Below the pieces are notes generated by a model. The model did no database searches. It had not been told where the DNA came from and saw only the letters and a program-made list of their open reading frames with translations. From positions 83,665 to 147,664 of the forward strand of contig CAZULJ010000002.1 in the NCBI GenBank assembly GCA_964621195.1: a stretch of DNA of 64,000 nt, read 5' to 3'. The stretch comes from an uncultured Candidatus Saccharibacteria bacterium. Lineage in GTDB: Bacteria > Patescibacteriota > Dojkabacteria > SC72. The number at the start of each line of letters is the position of its first letter. Positions within the stretch are counted from its first letter, which is position 1. Of this stretch, positions 50,101-59,991 are shown one piece after another. The position numbers and the translations under genes were made by a program.

Positions 50101-53100
50101 GGCTATCTGAATTTACTGTTGGTGTTAAAGCTGTGATATTTGAAAGTGCTGTTGTAGAAGATTGTGTTGCTGAGTAAGCTGTCTCTATGAGATCCATATT
50201 TCTTGCTTTTACTCTGAATGTATATGTAATACCTGATTGTAGTCCAGATACTGTTATTGTAGGTGTTAAACCATCTAAATGTCCCCATACTGGTGTAGGT
50301 TCAAGTAATCCTGTTGAAAGGTTTACATACATTCCTGAGTAAGTTTCCTGTAAGAGGAGCTCTGTGTGGTTGGGATTTGTTTCTTTGTTAATTTGTACAT
50401 CTATTTGTGAGCTGTTTAATGTTGTTGCATTCTCAATACTTGGGACAACTGCTAAGGTCCATGCGGCTACTTCTGAGGAGTAACTTGTTTCTTCCCCTGT
50501 ATAGTTTCGAGCTTTTACTCTAAAAGAGTACTCACTGTTTGGTTGAAGATTGATTGCAACATCTGTAGTACTTTTAACCCAATCTTGTATACCAGTGTCA
50601 CACTCCTCTATTGTGCAGTCAAAGAATATTCCAGAGTCTCCTGCTGATAGATTTTGAACTCCTGTCCCACTAAGCGAAATTGATGTTGTTGAGAGTGGTC
50701 CTGCTGTTAATGTTGGTATTGGTGCGTGAGTATATATATTTAGATCTGTGGAGTAACTTGTTTCAATATTGTCATTGTTTCTAGCTTTTACTCTGAATGT
50801 GTATCCAGTATTGTTTGTTAGTCCTGTTACATTGGCACTGTTTGTTGTTGTCCATGTATTAAGGTTTGTATCACAATCTCCCTCGCAATCAAAGTAGAGT
50901 TCTCCTCCGTTTACTGGCTGAGAGGCCAGTATCGTTATCGATGAAGAAGTTTTACTGCCTTGGTATTGTAGAGTAGGGACAGATATTAATGTGTAGACAG
51001 AATCTGTGTTTGATCCACTACTATCTGCTTCTGTATTGTAAGCTACAGCATATCTAGTATATTGTGTGTTTTCTGAAAGTGTTGTTTCATCGCAGTATGT
51101 AATGTTTTCTCCTGTACATGTCTTAACTAAGGTATTGTCCTGATCATATATCTTAATACCCTGTTCTCCATTTGCGTTATCTGTAAATGACCAACGGATC
51201 GAAGTTGTAGAAAGTGCTTGTCCAACCAAGTTAGTTGGTGTCCCTGGTAGGTCTAATGTTCTAAATGTATTTGTTGCAGACCAATTACTTACTGATCCTG
51301 ATGTATCCCAGAATCTAATTCTCCAGTAGTAAGTGGTTCCATCTTGATTAAGTGTACTACCATTGTAAGTAATTGCTGAGGATCTTAAATTGTTTATGAG
51401 ATTTGGCATAGATATTTGCCCAGAATCCCACATTACTGTTCCAGTAAAAGAGGAGTTTGTATTGACTTCTACTTCGTAGTAATTTGCAGGATCATTGTCT
51501 GCATCAGTGTGTATTGCTGTAAATGACGGAGTTAAATTTGTAAGTTGTGTCGGATTTACAAGTCCATCTGTTTGTAGAGAGGATGGAGCATCAGGTACCC
51601 TGTTCATTGTAAAAGATCCTCCGTTTGTCCAGTTACTTACAGTGTTATTGCTATCCCAGAATCTAATTCTCCAGTAATATGTTGTACCGTTTAATGTCAG
51701 TGGTACACCATTGTAAGGTATATCAGTACTTCTACTTCCACTTGCAATCGGTGTTGTAGCAATTTGCCCCGAATCCCACATTACTGTTCCAGTAAAAGAG
51801 GAATTAGTATTAACCTCTATTTCGTAGTAATTACCTGTGTCTCCATCGGGATCTGAAAAGAGTGCTGAAAATTCCGGAGTTGTGTCGATTACTCTCGTTG
51901 GAGAGAATACACCTTCGACAAATGGTGTTAGAGGAGAGTTCGGAGTTGTATTCATTCTGAAATTTGCAACTGTAGACCAGCTACTTACTGTCCCATGGTT
52001 ATCTGTAAACCTAATCCTCCAGTAATATGTTGTACCGTTTAATACTAATAGTGTCCCATTGTATGGTATATCTGGACTTTTTGTTCCGCTTGCGGTTGGT
52101 GTCATTGCTGTTTGTCCGGAAGACCACATAACGGTTCCTGTAAAGGAGGGGTTTGTATTTACATCTATTTCATAGTATACCCCCATGTCACCAATATCTA
52201 AGTCGTCAAATTCTGCACTAAATTCTGGTGTGAGATCTGTAACTCTTGTAGGATTGTTAACACCTTCTGTCAAAAGGGTTGTTGGAATGCCTGGAGTAGT
52301 GTTCATATTGAAATTCGCGGTAGAAGACCAAGATCCAACTGTACCATAGTTGTCGGTAAATCTAATTCTCCAGTAATATGTGGATCCATTTAGTGAAAGT
52401 GCCGATCCTGAATATGAGACATCAGGGCTTCTTGCTCCGATTGCAATTGAAAGCATTGGTACCTGTCCGGTGTCCCACATCACTGTTCCAGTAAATGAGG
52501 AGTTTGTATTTACCTCTATTTCGTAGTAGCTTGCGGTATTTCCAGAGTTTGGATCGTTAAAGATTGCGCTAAACTCAGGTGTAGTATCTGTTATCCCCGT
52601 AGGATTTGTTGCAGCTTCAATTAAAAGGGAAGTTGGAGCACTAGGTGCTGTATTCATGGCAAAAGTCGCTGTAGATGACCAGGACCCTACGGTCCCATGG
52701 CTATCTGTAAATCTAATTCTCCAGTAATATGTTGTACCGTTTAATGTAAGTGCGATTCCTGTATATGAAAAGTCTGGACTCCTTGAGCCTATTGCTGTTG
52801 AAACCATTGGAACTTGACCAGAGTCCCACATTACTGTTCCTGTAAAAGAGGAGTTTGTATTTACCTCTATTTCGTAGAAATCTGCAGTATTACCAGAGTT
52901 TGAATCATTAAAGATTGCACTAAATTCTGGAGTGGTATCTGTTACACCAACTGGATTTGTAGCTCCTTCTGAAAGTAGTGATGTTGGTGCTGCTGGAGCT
53001 GTGTTCATTGTGAAGTTTGCAACAGATGACCAAGTGCCTACCGCTCCATAATTATCTGTAAATCTAATTCTCCAGTAATATGTAGTTCCATTTAGTGAAA

Positions 53101-53971
53101 GTTCAGTGCCTGCATACGTGATATTTGGACTTCTAGCACCTATTGCCGTGGAAGTCATAGATACCTGTCCAGAATCCCACATGACAGTCCCGGTAAAAGA
53201 GGAATTCGTGTTTACCTCTATCTCGTAGTAAGTACCAGTATTTCCTGCATTGCTGTCATTAAAGATGGCACTAAACTCAGGTGTAGTATCAGTGACTCCT
53301 GTTGGATTCGTAGCTCCCTCTGCAAGAAGAGATGTCGGTGCTGTTGGTGCTGTGTTCACTAATACAAAGGTGGCATTAAAAGAGAGATTCGCTGTGACAT
53401 CGGTTTCAATTCTTGGGTTTGCTGTAGATCCATCGCTCCATTGTGAAAATGCATATCCACCATTTGGAACTGCAGTGACTGCTGTACCATTGCTACCTCT
53501 ACATACCGATTGAGATGTCGTTCCAGAGAGTGTTCCTCCAGCACTTGCTGTATATGTTAGGGTGTACTTTAGAAGCCAGAATGTCCATGTTGTAGTTCCA
53601 CATGATCCACATCCATCATATCTAGTACATGAGTTTGTAGTTGAAGAACAACCTGTGTTTGTTGTTGTATATCCTGATGGGGTAGAAGGTGTGCAGCTAC
53701 CACACGAGCCACAATCAGGTTCGCATATATCACAGCAGTATCCAAACCCAGCATCAAACTCACTTGCATAGCAGCTTACTCTAGATACACATCCCCCTGG
53801 TCCTGTACAAACATTTAGTGGTACATTTGCTTCACACCCACTCGGGCATGTTAATGCTTCTACAGGAGTTGATGCAAAGTTGAGAAAAAAGAGTGAAAGT
53901 AATGATACAAAGAGGGATATTCCAGAAAAAAAGAGTAATCTTCTACTATTATTAGTCTTTATCTTTATCAT
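47111..53971 (-). CDS. Giant (2286 aa) surface protein: Cys-rich tip, six tandem Ig/FN3 repeats, further FN3 domains, C-terminal membrane module
   Basis: Signal peptide; repeats of WDSG...YYWRIRF; several Y.FRVKA.N FN3 motifs; C-terminal TMs. Confidence 0.88.
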   Translation of the reverse strand: MIKIKTNNSRRLLFFSGISLFVSLLSLFFLNFASTPVEALTCPSGCEANVPLNVCTGPGGCVSRVSCYASEFDAGFGYCCDICEPDCGSCGSCTPSTPSGYTTTNTGCSSTTNSCTRYDGCGSCGTTTWTFWLLKYTLTYTASAGGTLSGTTSQSVCRGSNGTAVTAVPNGGYAFSQWSDGSTANPRIETDVTANLSFNATFVLVNTAPTAPTSLLAEGATNPTGVTDTTPEFSAIFNDSNAGNTGTYYEIEVNTNSSFTGTVMWDSGQVSMTSTAIGARSPNITYAGTELSLNGTTYYWRIRFTDNYGAVGTWSSVANFTMNTAPAAPTSLLSEGATNPVGVTDTTPEFSAIFNDSNSGNTADFYEIEVNTNSSFTGTVMWDSGQVPMVSTAIGSRSPDFSYTGIALTLNGTTYYWRIRFTDSHGTVGSWSSTATFAMNTAPSAPTSLLIEAATNPTGITDTTPEFSAIFNDPNSGNTASYYEIEVNTNSSFTGTVMWDTGQVPMLSIAIGARSPDVSYSGSALSLNGSTYYWRIRFTDNYGTVGSWSSTANFNMNTTPGIPTTLLTEGVNNPTRVTDLTPEFSAEFDDLDIGDMGVYYEIDVNTNPSFTGTVMWSSGQTAMTPTASGTKSPDIPYNGTLLVLNGTTYYWRIRFTDNHGTVSSWSTVANFRMNTTPNSPLTPFVEGVFSPTRVIDTTPEFSALFSDPDGDTGNYYEIEVNTNSSFTGTVMWDSGQIATTPIASGSRSTDIPYNGVPLTLNGTTYYWRIRFWDSNNTVSNWTNGGSFTMNRVPDAPSSLQTDGLVNPTQLTNLTPSFTAIHTDADNDPANYYEVEVNTNSSFTGTVMWDSGQISMPNLINNLRSSAITYNGSTLNQDGTTYYWRIRFWDTSGSVSNWSATNTFRTLDLPGTPTNLVGQALSTTSIRWSFTDNANGEQGIKIYDQDNTLVKTCTGENITYCDETTLSENTQYTRYAVAYNTEADSSGSNTDSVYTLISVPTLQYQGSKTSSSITILASQPVNGGELYFDCEGDCDTNLNTWTTTNSANVTGLTNNTGYTFRVKARNNDNIETSYSTDLNIYTHAPIPTLTAGPLSTTSISLSGTGVQNLSAGDSGIFFDCTIEECDTGIQDWVKSTTDVAINLQPNSEYSFRVKARNYTGEETSYSSEVAAWTLAVVPSIENATTLNSSQIDVQINKETNPNHTELLLQETYSGMYVNLSTGLLEPTPVWGHLDGLTPTITVSGLQSGITYTFRVKARNMDLIETAYSATQSSTTALSNITALTPTVNSDSQITWRISAYSDTVLGIKVYNESGDLLKTCLGDGITSCTEDSLQTNTTYTRKFKIYNNIAESDFSNTVQGSTFAQTPAIFDIQQGNYDAESITVKIDIKENPEVTKYLIEEKTSGLYLNSETQLLQESPYYSTYTQLGLTDGITIYGLNPNITYTFRAKAQNIDLVDTAFSGEQTVTTLSNSPSIVSVEAIDTTTVKVVVNNGGNNDTTLYNLLETISNKSVDSASLTSQTLWKTYEEIGGFTGLNIQNLSPNTLYTFCVKAKNIENIQTPCSQSLSAYTLSKTSTLTTRVTGSSSIEITVNKNGNPTNTTYQLLEVTTNGNIDNENRFTNSTVLHTDTRVTSNFTLSNLPPNTTYTFKVRTVNSDNVYSQWSENVTVTTWANTPKDLTFETIGGSTGRIKFDRNTNPSSTRFAIQEKNSGKYLDYSTQTLVDSPVWGSYTSWGGTSGIIFRNLEPGVQYSFRAKAINSSNVETNYVESNTGKTYSIIVNKPEEITTALVDNTQIDVSTIDGAQTGTQKVRVLTDEYIVADLPISFTDNRDWSNAIIKSSPSEGKSVVKINQTHGLTDKFTMYVVKKDSDNGFRICPEATTLEEVSQDCPNGVLYTGTFPQKQKVEGSDVTVSQASVSGVMYWIADGLVGTGGQGEVIITQEKETPTSTPQSSVTKVITQAVEGAITKTIESLDQTPLGNIEQEQLTTVAATTTAVTVSVSLASVLGNIGQLGYSISQVVINILSTLGFRRKRFPSGYVYDSVTRAPLQQAIVRIYDLSEKLVETSVTDGQGLFRVGLEAGDYILEVKKRNFSFPSRLIIGREDYPLSNVYHGEKIRLLENEINVVIPMDPKKDLSNQKTLTVIRSGISLILPFLNSILFLAGVTTALYVYNKESSLANLALLLLYIPTTYVLIKSFTSLGKKSGKVTYTDGTPASNITLVLKDKDFDKIVAKRVTDENGKYSFDISEKGEFVIETTDNSVKIVEGNTEIESKGKMLVSRKLKIQKI
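51260..53360 (-). repeat. Six intragenic tandem repeats of 348-351 nt
   Basis: AATCTAATTCTCCAGTA core (or close variant) at 51312, 51660, 52008, 52359, 52710, 53061. Confidence 0.9.
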
Positions 53972-54519
53972 TCCTTTTTGTTAATATCTTTTCTTCTCTC
54001 GTTGTATGTACCTAAAAACCAACCTGCAACAAGAAGGATGGGAACCAATACTACAATTATTGCCGTCTTAATATCGATATCAACTCTCTCTGTAACCTCA
54101 TCTTCTTCTCCTACTGTTGTTGCAGATTTAACTTCTTTAACAGAGAGAGTAATTAACTCTTCCTTCTCTCTTTCTCCAACCTTAATCTCAACTGTATGAT
54201 CTTTCTCTTCTAAATTCTGAATACTAAAAAGTACAAACCAATTACCACTAGCATCTACCCTTGTTTCATAGGTCTGTTCTTCTATGTATATATTGATTAG
54301 TTCTTCAGGAGTTCCCAATCCAGCTATTTTTACTGTATCTTGATCGTTTACAGATATTGTCCCACTCTCTACAGAAACATTCTCATTGTTTATGGCTATG
54401 TAATCTAGATTCGGGTGTTTTGTATATGAGAGCTCTTGGGCATTAACGGTATTTATACTGAACAGGAGTAGTGTAAGGGTTAGTAGGTATGTAAAAATAT
54501 TTTTTCTTTCTTTTTGCAT
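53968..54519 (-). CDS. Small Ig-like domain protein with signal peptide and C-terminal TM anchor
   Basis: VDASGNW Ig-like motif; C-terminal TM with basic tail; ATGA coupling to the giant gene. Confidence 0.75.
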   Translation of the reverse strand: MQKERKNIFTYLLTLTLLLFSINTVNAQELSYTKHPNLDYIAINNENVSVESGTISVNDQDTVKIAGLGTPEELINIYIEEQTYETRVDASGNWFVLFSIQNLEEKDHTVEIKVGEREKEELITLSVKEVKSATTVGEEDEVTERVDIDIKTAIIVVLVPILLVAGWFLGTYNERRKDINKKE

Positions 54520-54735
54520 TTATATATATTTAAAAAATATACAGATCTCAAAGTACAAAAAAGATACATATCCTGTAAGTAATTAGGTTGTACTTTTTTC
54601 TTGAGATTTAAAAATATTGACAGTTTTCACTAGTAATAGTTAAACAGAATTTTGTATTCGTATCAACCTTTTGTCTCTCTATCCAACTATGAGATACCTT
54701 GCAATATCCAAGAATTTTTGGTCTAATCTCTAGCA

Positions 54736-55848
54736 ATGAAAAAGATACTTATTGTAATTGGTGATGCTGGTGGGGGGCATATCTCATGTGCAAGGGCTAT
54801 GAAGGAGGCTTTTATTAAAGATTGTAAAGGGTATGACATTGAAATTGTAGATTTATTCAAGCTTTCAAAATTCACTAAATATTACGACTATTTCTATTAC
54901 TTAGTGAGTACATATCCTTTCTTTGAATTCTTCTACAATATCGGATATATGTTAATCGACAAAAGTGCATTTCTTGCAAAGATTTTGGAAATACCTACAG
55001 CGAGATCATTGTACAGACCGACGATGAAACTTCTAAAGGAGAAGAATCCAGATTTGGTTCTTACTAACAGTTGCTTGACTACACTTGTATTGAGAAAGTG
55101 CAAAAAGAAGAGAGATTTCAATTATGTAATAACGGTTTCAGATCTAATACCTGTTTCAAGATGGTGGGCTGATTCTTCTGCAGACATTATTTTCTGTCCA
55201 ACAAAGGATGCGAGTAAGAAGATAAAGGGGTATAATTCGGAGTGTAATACACAAGACTCTTACTATCCATTGAGAGAGGTTGAAAAATATTCGAAAGAGA
55301 AAAAGAGTGAGGTAAAGGAGAGGATCTTTAAAAAGTACAAACTTAAAAGGGATATTCCAACAGTTTTAATTACAGGGTGTGGTATTGCAACTAGAAATAT
55401 TGTTAAGAGTATGGAGGAATTTATAAAGGGGTCTAAGTATCAATTTTTAATTCTTACTGGTAAGGATGAAAGATTGAAAAAGTATCTAGAAAGAAAGTAT
55501 ATAGATGAGAGTAGAGTGTCTGTACTTGGTTTTACAAAAGAAATAGTGGATCTGTTTTACTCTTCGGATATTGTTTTAGCTAAACCTGGACCAGCAACTC
55601 TTCTTGAAATTGAAGAAGTTGGCAAGAGGGCGGTTTTTACAAGAGCCGTTGGGTATCAGGAGTGGGGTAATGTTGAATATTTAGAAAAGAATCCGAACTT
55701 TTCATATGTAGGTTCTAATTACAGTAGTATACCAGCCCTTCTGAAAAGTAATCTTGAAAAGCCTTCTGTGCAATTCAAGAGTACAATCCTTGGGTCTAGT
55801 GCAATTGTAAGTAAGATTAAGGAGTACTACGGACTAAACAAAAGTTAG
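54736..55848 (+). CDS. MGDG synthase/UgtP-like GT28 glycosyltransferase
   Basis: GGGHISCARA, VSDL...WW, LGFT..I, KPGPATL.E, QEWGN. Confidence 0.82.
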   Translation: MKKILIVIGDAGGGHISCARAMKEAFIKDCKGYDIEIVDLFKLSKFTKYYDYFYYLVSTYPFFEFFYNIGYMLIDKSAFLAKILEIPTARSLYRPTMKLLKEKNPDLVLTNSCLTTLVLRKCKKKRDFNYVITVSDLIPVSRWWADSSADIIFCPTKDASKKIKGYNSECNTQDSYYPLREVEKYSKEKKSEVKERIFKKYKLKRDIPTVLITGCGIATRNIVKSMEEFIKGSKYQFLILTGKDERLKKYLERKYIDESRVSVLGFTKEIVDLFYSSDIVLAKPGPATLLEIEEVGKRAVFTRAVGYQEWGNVEYLEKNPNFSYVGSNYSSIPALLKSNLEKPSVQFKSTILGSSAIVSKIKEYYGLNKS

Positions 55849-57067
55849 TGCAAATCCTTTTTTACCTGCTCTTCCTGTTCTACCTATTCTATGTATGTAA
55901 TCATCGTAATTTTCTGGCATATCGTAGTTTATTACATGTGTAATATTGTTAACGTCTAAGCCTCTTGATGCTACATCTGTTGCAATTAAGATATTTATTT
56001 GGTCTTTCTTAAAGGCATCTATGATTCTTGATCTTTGTGCTTGTCTTTTATCTCCGTGTAGAGCATTTACCCTAACACCAGTTTCATACAATTTCTTTGA
56101 AAGAGATTCTGCCTCTCTTTTTGTTCTTGTAAAGATTAAGACCTTTTTAAAATCATCTTTCTTTATATATTGAGAGAGTTACTCCAAATTTGTTCTCTCC
56201 TTCTTTGAGTCTAATGACATCTTGATCTACATTCTTACCTGGAGCCTGTTTCTCTACCTCTATCCTTACTGGGTTCTTTAAAAGTGTGTTCGCAATCTCT
56301 TCTGATTTTCTATTCATAGTTGCAGAAAAGAAAAGTGATTGTCTATTTTCGTTTAAGCGGGAAGTTATATACCTAATATCGTCAATGAATACCATATCTA
56401 ACATTCTATCTACTTCATCTAATATGACATTGTTTATATCCTTTAGGTATATAGCACCCCTCTCTGAAACATCCTTTAATCTACCTGGTGTTGCAATTAC
56501 AAATGCTGGATCTCTTCTTAATATCCCAATTTGTGCTCCTATGCTATTTCCACCAATTATTAATACTGATCTAAGTCCTGTATTTCTTGCTAATTGCATA
56601 AATTCATCTTGTATTTGCATTGCAAGCTCTCTTGTTGGAACTACTATTAAAAATCTTTGAGACCTATCCTGTACACCTTTGTTTATCATTGGTATGAGGA
56701 AGGCTGCTGTTTTACCAGAGCCTGTACTTGCTAATCCTAAGATATCTTTTCCTTTTAGTATTTTTGGAATGGCTTCGTGCTGAATCTTGGTAGGGCTTGT
56801 ATACTTTTTAAAAGTAATATTCTTTTTAAGCTCCTTTACCAAGTTAAGTTCTAAAAGATTGTGATCTAATACATATATACTTGGTAGATCTTCGTATACA
56901 GCTTTTGCTATTAGCTGGTTTACATTGATCCTAGTACCTCTTCTGTTATATCCACCGCCTCTTCTGCTATTGCTATATGAGGAGCTTCTATATGAAGGTC
57001 TTCTTCTACTGTTATTTCTATTGTAACGGTCATTATGGTCGTAATTTCTTCTGGAAGTGTTTTCCAT
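55834..57067 (-). pseudogene. DEAD-box RNA helicase interrupted by a 1-nt insertion near 56180
   Basis: TGSGKT, PTRELA, TPGRL, DEVD, SAT in the first frame; LSQYIKKDDFKKVLIFTRTK...LHGD...ATDVASRGLD...HRIGRTGRAG in the shifted frame; span 1234 nt = 3n+1. Confidence 0.85.
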
Positions 57068-57213
57068 GTAAGTAAATATTTAATTTTATTTTCAGTTCAT
57101 ATAGAGGTAACCGAAAATAAAAGATATTTAACCTTATGGATTGGGGCGATTATTTCGTTTAAATCTACATCAAACAAGAAGCTATTATAGCACAGAAGTT
57201 TCTGTTTGGCTAA

Positions 57214-57521
57214 TTACTCCTTCTCAATACCATTTGAGTTAGCCTCTTCATAGTCTAAGTAGCCTTGGGCTAGTTCTCTTAACTCATTAGGATCCACATC
57301 TCTACTGTTGCAGCATTTCTACCGATTGCCTCTTCCAGTTCTTTCTCTGTTATTATTCCTTTCTTAAACATATTTATACTTCTAGAAGTTGAAGCAATTG
57401 TTCTTTTTTGTCGAACTTCTAAAGAGTCTCTTTGAGTCCTAGGGTTGCCTACATGTGTAGCTGGTTTCTGCTCACCTTGGTACCATTTCGTTCCTCCGTT
57501 TGGGTTTATTATTGTTGGCAT
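57214..57521 (-). pseudogene. Small hypothetical gene, probably frameshifted (1-nt deletion near 57308)
   Basis: The 80-aa ORF continues in another frame as RDVDPNELRELAQGYLDYEEANSNGIEKE*; span 308 nt = 3n-1. Confidence 0.45.
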
Positions 57522-57660
57522 ATTATTTCTTTAAACATGTTATTAGAGTACCGATTATATCAAATACCTTTTACTTATGCACTCTTTAAGAATGGGGTTT
57601 GTATCTTTTTTGTTGTGCAGTGTAATATGTATGGATATATTACTTGGTCTTGTACTGCTC

Positions 57661-58641
57661 ATGAAATTAATTACAGGTGCTACTGGTAGGATAGGGTATG
57701 TATTGGTTATGGAGTTAAATACCAAAGGAGAGAAGGTAAAGGTATTGGTTAGGGAGGGTTCTAGTAGGGAATCTTTGAAAAATTTCAATTGTGAATATAT
57801 AGAGGGGGATATATTAGATACTTCAAAATGGGAGGATGCATTGGAAGGAGTTGATACAATATTCCACCTTGCGGGGCATATAAATATATCAAGTAAGGGT
57901 AAGGATTTGACCTTTGATACAAATATTCAGGGTACTAAAAATATTGTAGATTTGTGTTTGAAAAAGGGTATCAATTTAGTATATACCTCTTCTATACATG
58001 CACTCTCTGCGCCCGAGGATGGCTCGTTGATTACAGAAGATACTCCTTCATGTGTAGAGGCTAAAGAGAAGAGAGGTTTGTATGATTGTTCCAAAGCTAT
58101 TGCTACCCAGTATGTAACAGATGCAATGAAGCACGGACTTAAGGCTATTGTTGTACATCCTACAGGTGTAATTGGTCCATATGATATCCGTCCATCTTTC
58201 TTTGGTCGGGGAATGATTGATCTTATTAAATCTGGAGCAAAGGTCACGATCGGTGGTAAATATGATTATGTTGATGTAAGAGATGTTGTAGATGGGATGC
58301 TTCGTGCTTTAGAGAAGGGAAAATTCGGAAAGAGATATATTCTCTCTGGTGAAGTATTGGATATGTTGGACTATGTTAAATATGTCAAAGAGTTTACGGG
58401 TCTCACGAATGAAACAAAAGTTTTAGGTTACACCTTAAGCTTACTGTTAGGATATATTTCATCTCTTTTGAGTAAGGAATCTCAGATTACTCCGTATAGC
58501 GTAAAGACATTGTATAGTAATTGTAATATATCTCATGAGAAGGCGACTAAGGAGCTTGGATATTCTCCGAGATCTGTTAGGGAGTCCCTTTTGGATCAAT
58601 ATAAATGGTTTAAAATTAATGGATATTTAGATGAGAAGTAG
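57661..58641 (+). CDS. NAD-dependent epimerase/dehydratase (extended SDR, dihydroflavonol reductase-like)
   Basis: ITGATGRIG, FHLAG, YTSS, YDCSK, P.GVIGPYD, VDVRDV. Confidence 0.9.
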   Translation: MKLITGATGRIGYVLVMELNTKGEKVKVLVREGSSRESLKNFNCEYIEGDILDTSKWEDALEGVDTIFHLAGHINISSKGKDLTFDTNIQGTKNIVDLCLKKGINLVYTSSIHALSAPEDGSLITEDTPSCVEAKEKRGLYDCSKAIATQYVTDAMKHGLKAIVVHPTGVIGPYDIRPSFFGRGMIDLIKSGAKVTIGGKYDYVDVRDVVDGMLRALEKGKFGKRYILSGEVLDMLDYVKYVKEFTGLTNETKVLGYTLSLLLGYISSLLSKESQITPYSVKTLYSNCNISHEKATKELGYSPRSVRESLLDQYKWFKINGYLDEK

Positions 58642-59326
58642 AATAGGTATAGATATTGCAAAGATGCAAGTAGAACAGTCGAAGGCTTTTCTTTTTGACT
58701 TTGATGGTACTTTGGTAAATCTTGATAAGTTGAATGTTGATGCTTTTCATATTGTTTTCAAAGAGATGTTTAACTTGGATTTTACTAGGGAAGACTTTAT
58801 GAGGTATGTTTCTGGTAGGGGATCGGAGAATGGATTGAGAGAGTATCTTGGGGTTCATGGTGTTGTTGATTTCTCAGTAAAAGATATCAATGATCTTTTC
58901 TATGTACATAAGAATAGGTTAATAGAGGAGAGGTTGGAAGATGAGGTATATCTTCTTCCGGGCATCGTTGAATTTTTAGCTCATTTTGAAAATAGTGGTA
59001 AGAGAAATATCGTTGTGACATCGTCTAGGAAAGAGCATGTAAAAAAAATGTTAACCCATTTCGGTATATATAATAGGTTTGAAGAGGTATTTGATAGATA
59101 TACAGTTGTAAAGGGGAAGCCAGATCCAGAACCATTTGAAAGAGGTTTAAAATATCTAGGTATTGATAGGAGAGAGTGTCTTGCTTTTGAGGATTCTTTC
59201 TATGGTTTGCAATCTGCAAAGGGGGCAGAGCTGTTTACGGTGGGAATTTTAAATCCTGGTTGGAATGATGACTTTGTATATGATCTTGCCGATACTGTCG
59301 TGGAAAGCTATATCGATTTACTTTAA
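58631..59326 (+). CDS. HAD-superfamily phosphatase (beta-PGM-like)
   Basis: FDFDGTL, VTSS, KPDPE, AFEDS..G. Confidence 0.92.
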   Translation: MRSRIGIDIAKMQVEQSKAFLFDFDGTLVNLDKLNVDAFHIVFKEMFNLDFTREDFMRYVSGRGSENGLREYLGVHGVVDFSVKDINDLFYVHKNRLIEERLEDEVYLLPGIVEFLAHFENSGKRNIVVTSSRKEHVKKMLTHFGIYNRFEEVFDRYTVVKGKPDPEPFERGLKYLGIDRRECLAFEDSFYGLQSAKGAELFTVGILNPGWNDDFVYDLADTVVESYIDLL

Positions 59327-59346
59327 TTTTTGATATCTTTGTATAT

Positions 59347-59991
59347 ATGGATAGATTCGAAGCATTAAGAAAAGCTCAGGAGGGTACCCTTGAAAAAACT
59401 CCTTTCACACCTGAAGATCAGCTAGAAGCCGTTTCTAATGCAGAGAAAAATTCTAGAGTTATGACATGTGAGGAGAAAAGGGCAAAGATCCTGAATATGA
59501 TTCTTTTGATAATAGTTTCTGCTCTTATAGGGGTATTTGTATATCTGTTTTTTACAGATAGATTGTTAATAGGTGTTGAGAATCCTCTGTCGAAGGGGGA
59601 GGTTGTGGATATACAGGAGAAGGAAGAAGAGGAGGAGGTCCTCGCGCAGGATCAGGAAGAGTTCCGTTTGTTTAAGAATACAAGGGAGATCTTAGACTCT
59701 GAGGGCAATGTTGTTGGGAATCAAGAGCTAACAGTAAAGTTTTTTACTAACGGGGGGAGATTTGAAATGGATATTCAAAATGCATTAGGTAATGGTGTTG
59801 TAGTAGAGGGCACTTATGTAGAGGAGGCTGATAGGATACTGCTTTCATTTGCGAGTGGTAAATTTGGTCTTGAAACTGATGGCTCACTCGAGTTTAAGTC
59901 TGTATCTGAGGATGGAACTGTTTTAGAGTACTCTGGAAGTGACTTTGGGGATACTCTTCCTGATGAGGGAGATAGATATTTATTGTATTAA
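59347..59991 (+). CDS. Hypothetical single-TM membrane protein
   Basis: One hydrophobic helix followed by an acidic extracellular domain. Confidence 0.65.
   Translation: MDRFEALRKAQEGTLEKTPFTPEDQLEAVSNAEKNSRVMTCEEKRAKILNMILLIIVSALIGVFVYLFFTDRLLIGVENPLSKGEVVDIQEKEEEEEVLAQDQEEFRLFKNTREILDSEGNVVGNQELTVKFFTNGGRFEMDIQNALGNGVVVEGTYVEEADRILLSFASGKFGLETDGSLEFKSVSEDGTVLEYSGSDFGDTLPDEGDRYLLY

Noticed and set aside
51260-53360. CRISPR array or DGR template/variable repeats
   Set aside because: The repeats are ~350-nt in-frame protein domain duplications. There are no spacers, cas genes or reverse transcriptase, and no obvious adenine-specific variation.
54550-54598. Inverted repeat AAAGTACAA...TTGTACTTT in a divergent intergenic region
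   Set aside because: Short and AT-rich with a long spacer; it could be an operator but is indistinguishable from chance.
56170-56190. Programmed ribosomal frameshift in the DEAD-box helicase
   Set aside because: No slippery heptamer or stimulatory structure is evident; a single extra base explains it.
57068-57190. Long 5' leader of the DEAD-box helicase as a regulatory RNA
   Set aside because: A -10 box lies ~115 nt upstream of the ATG, but no convincing stable structure or known motif is visible.
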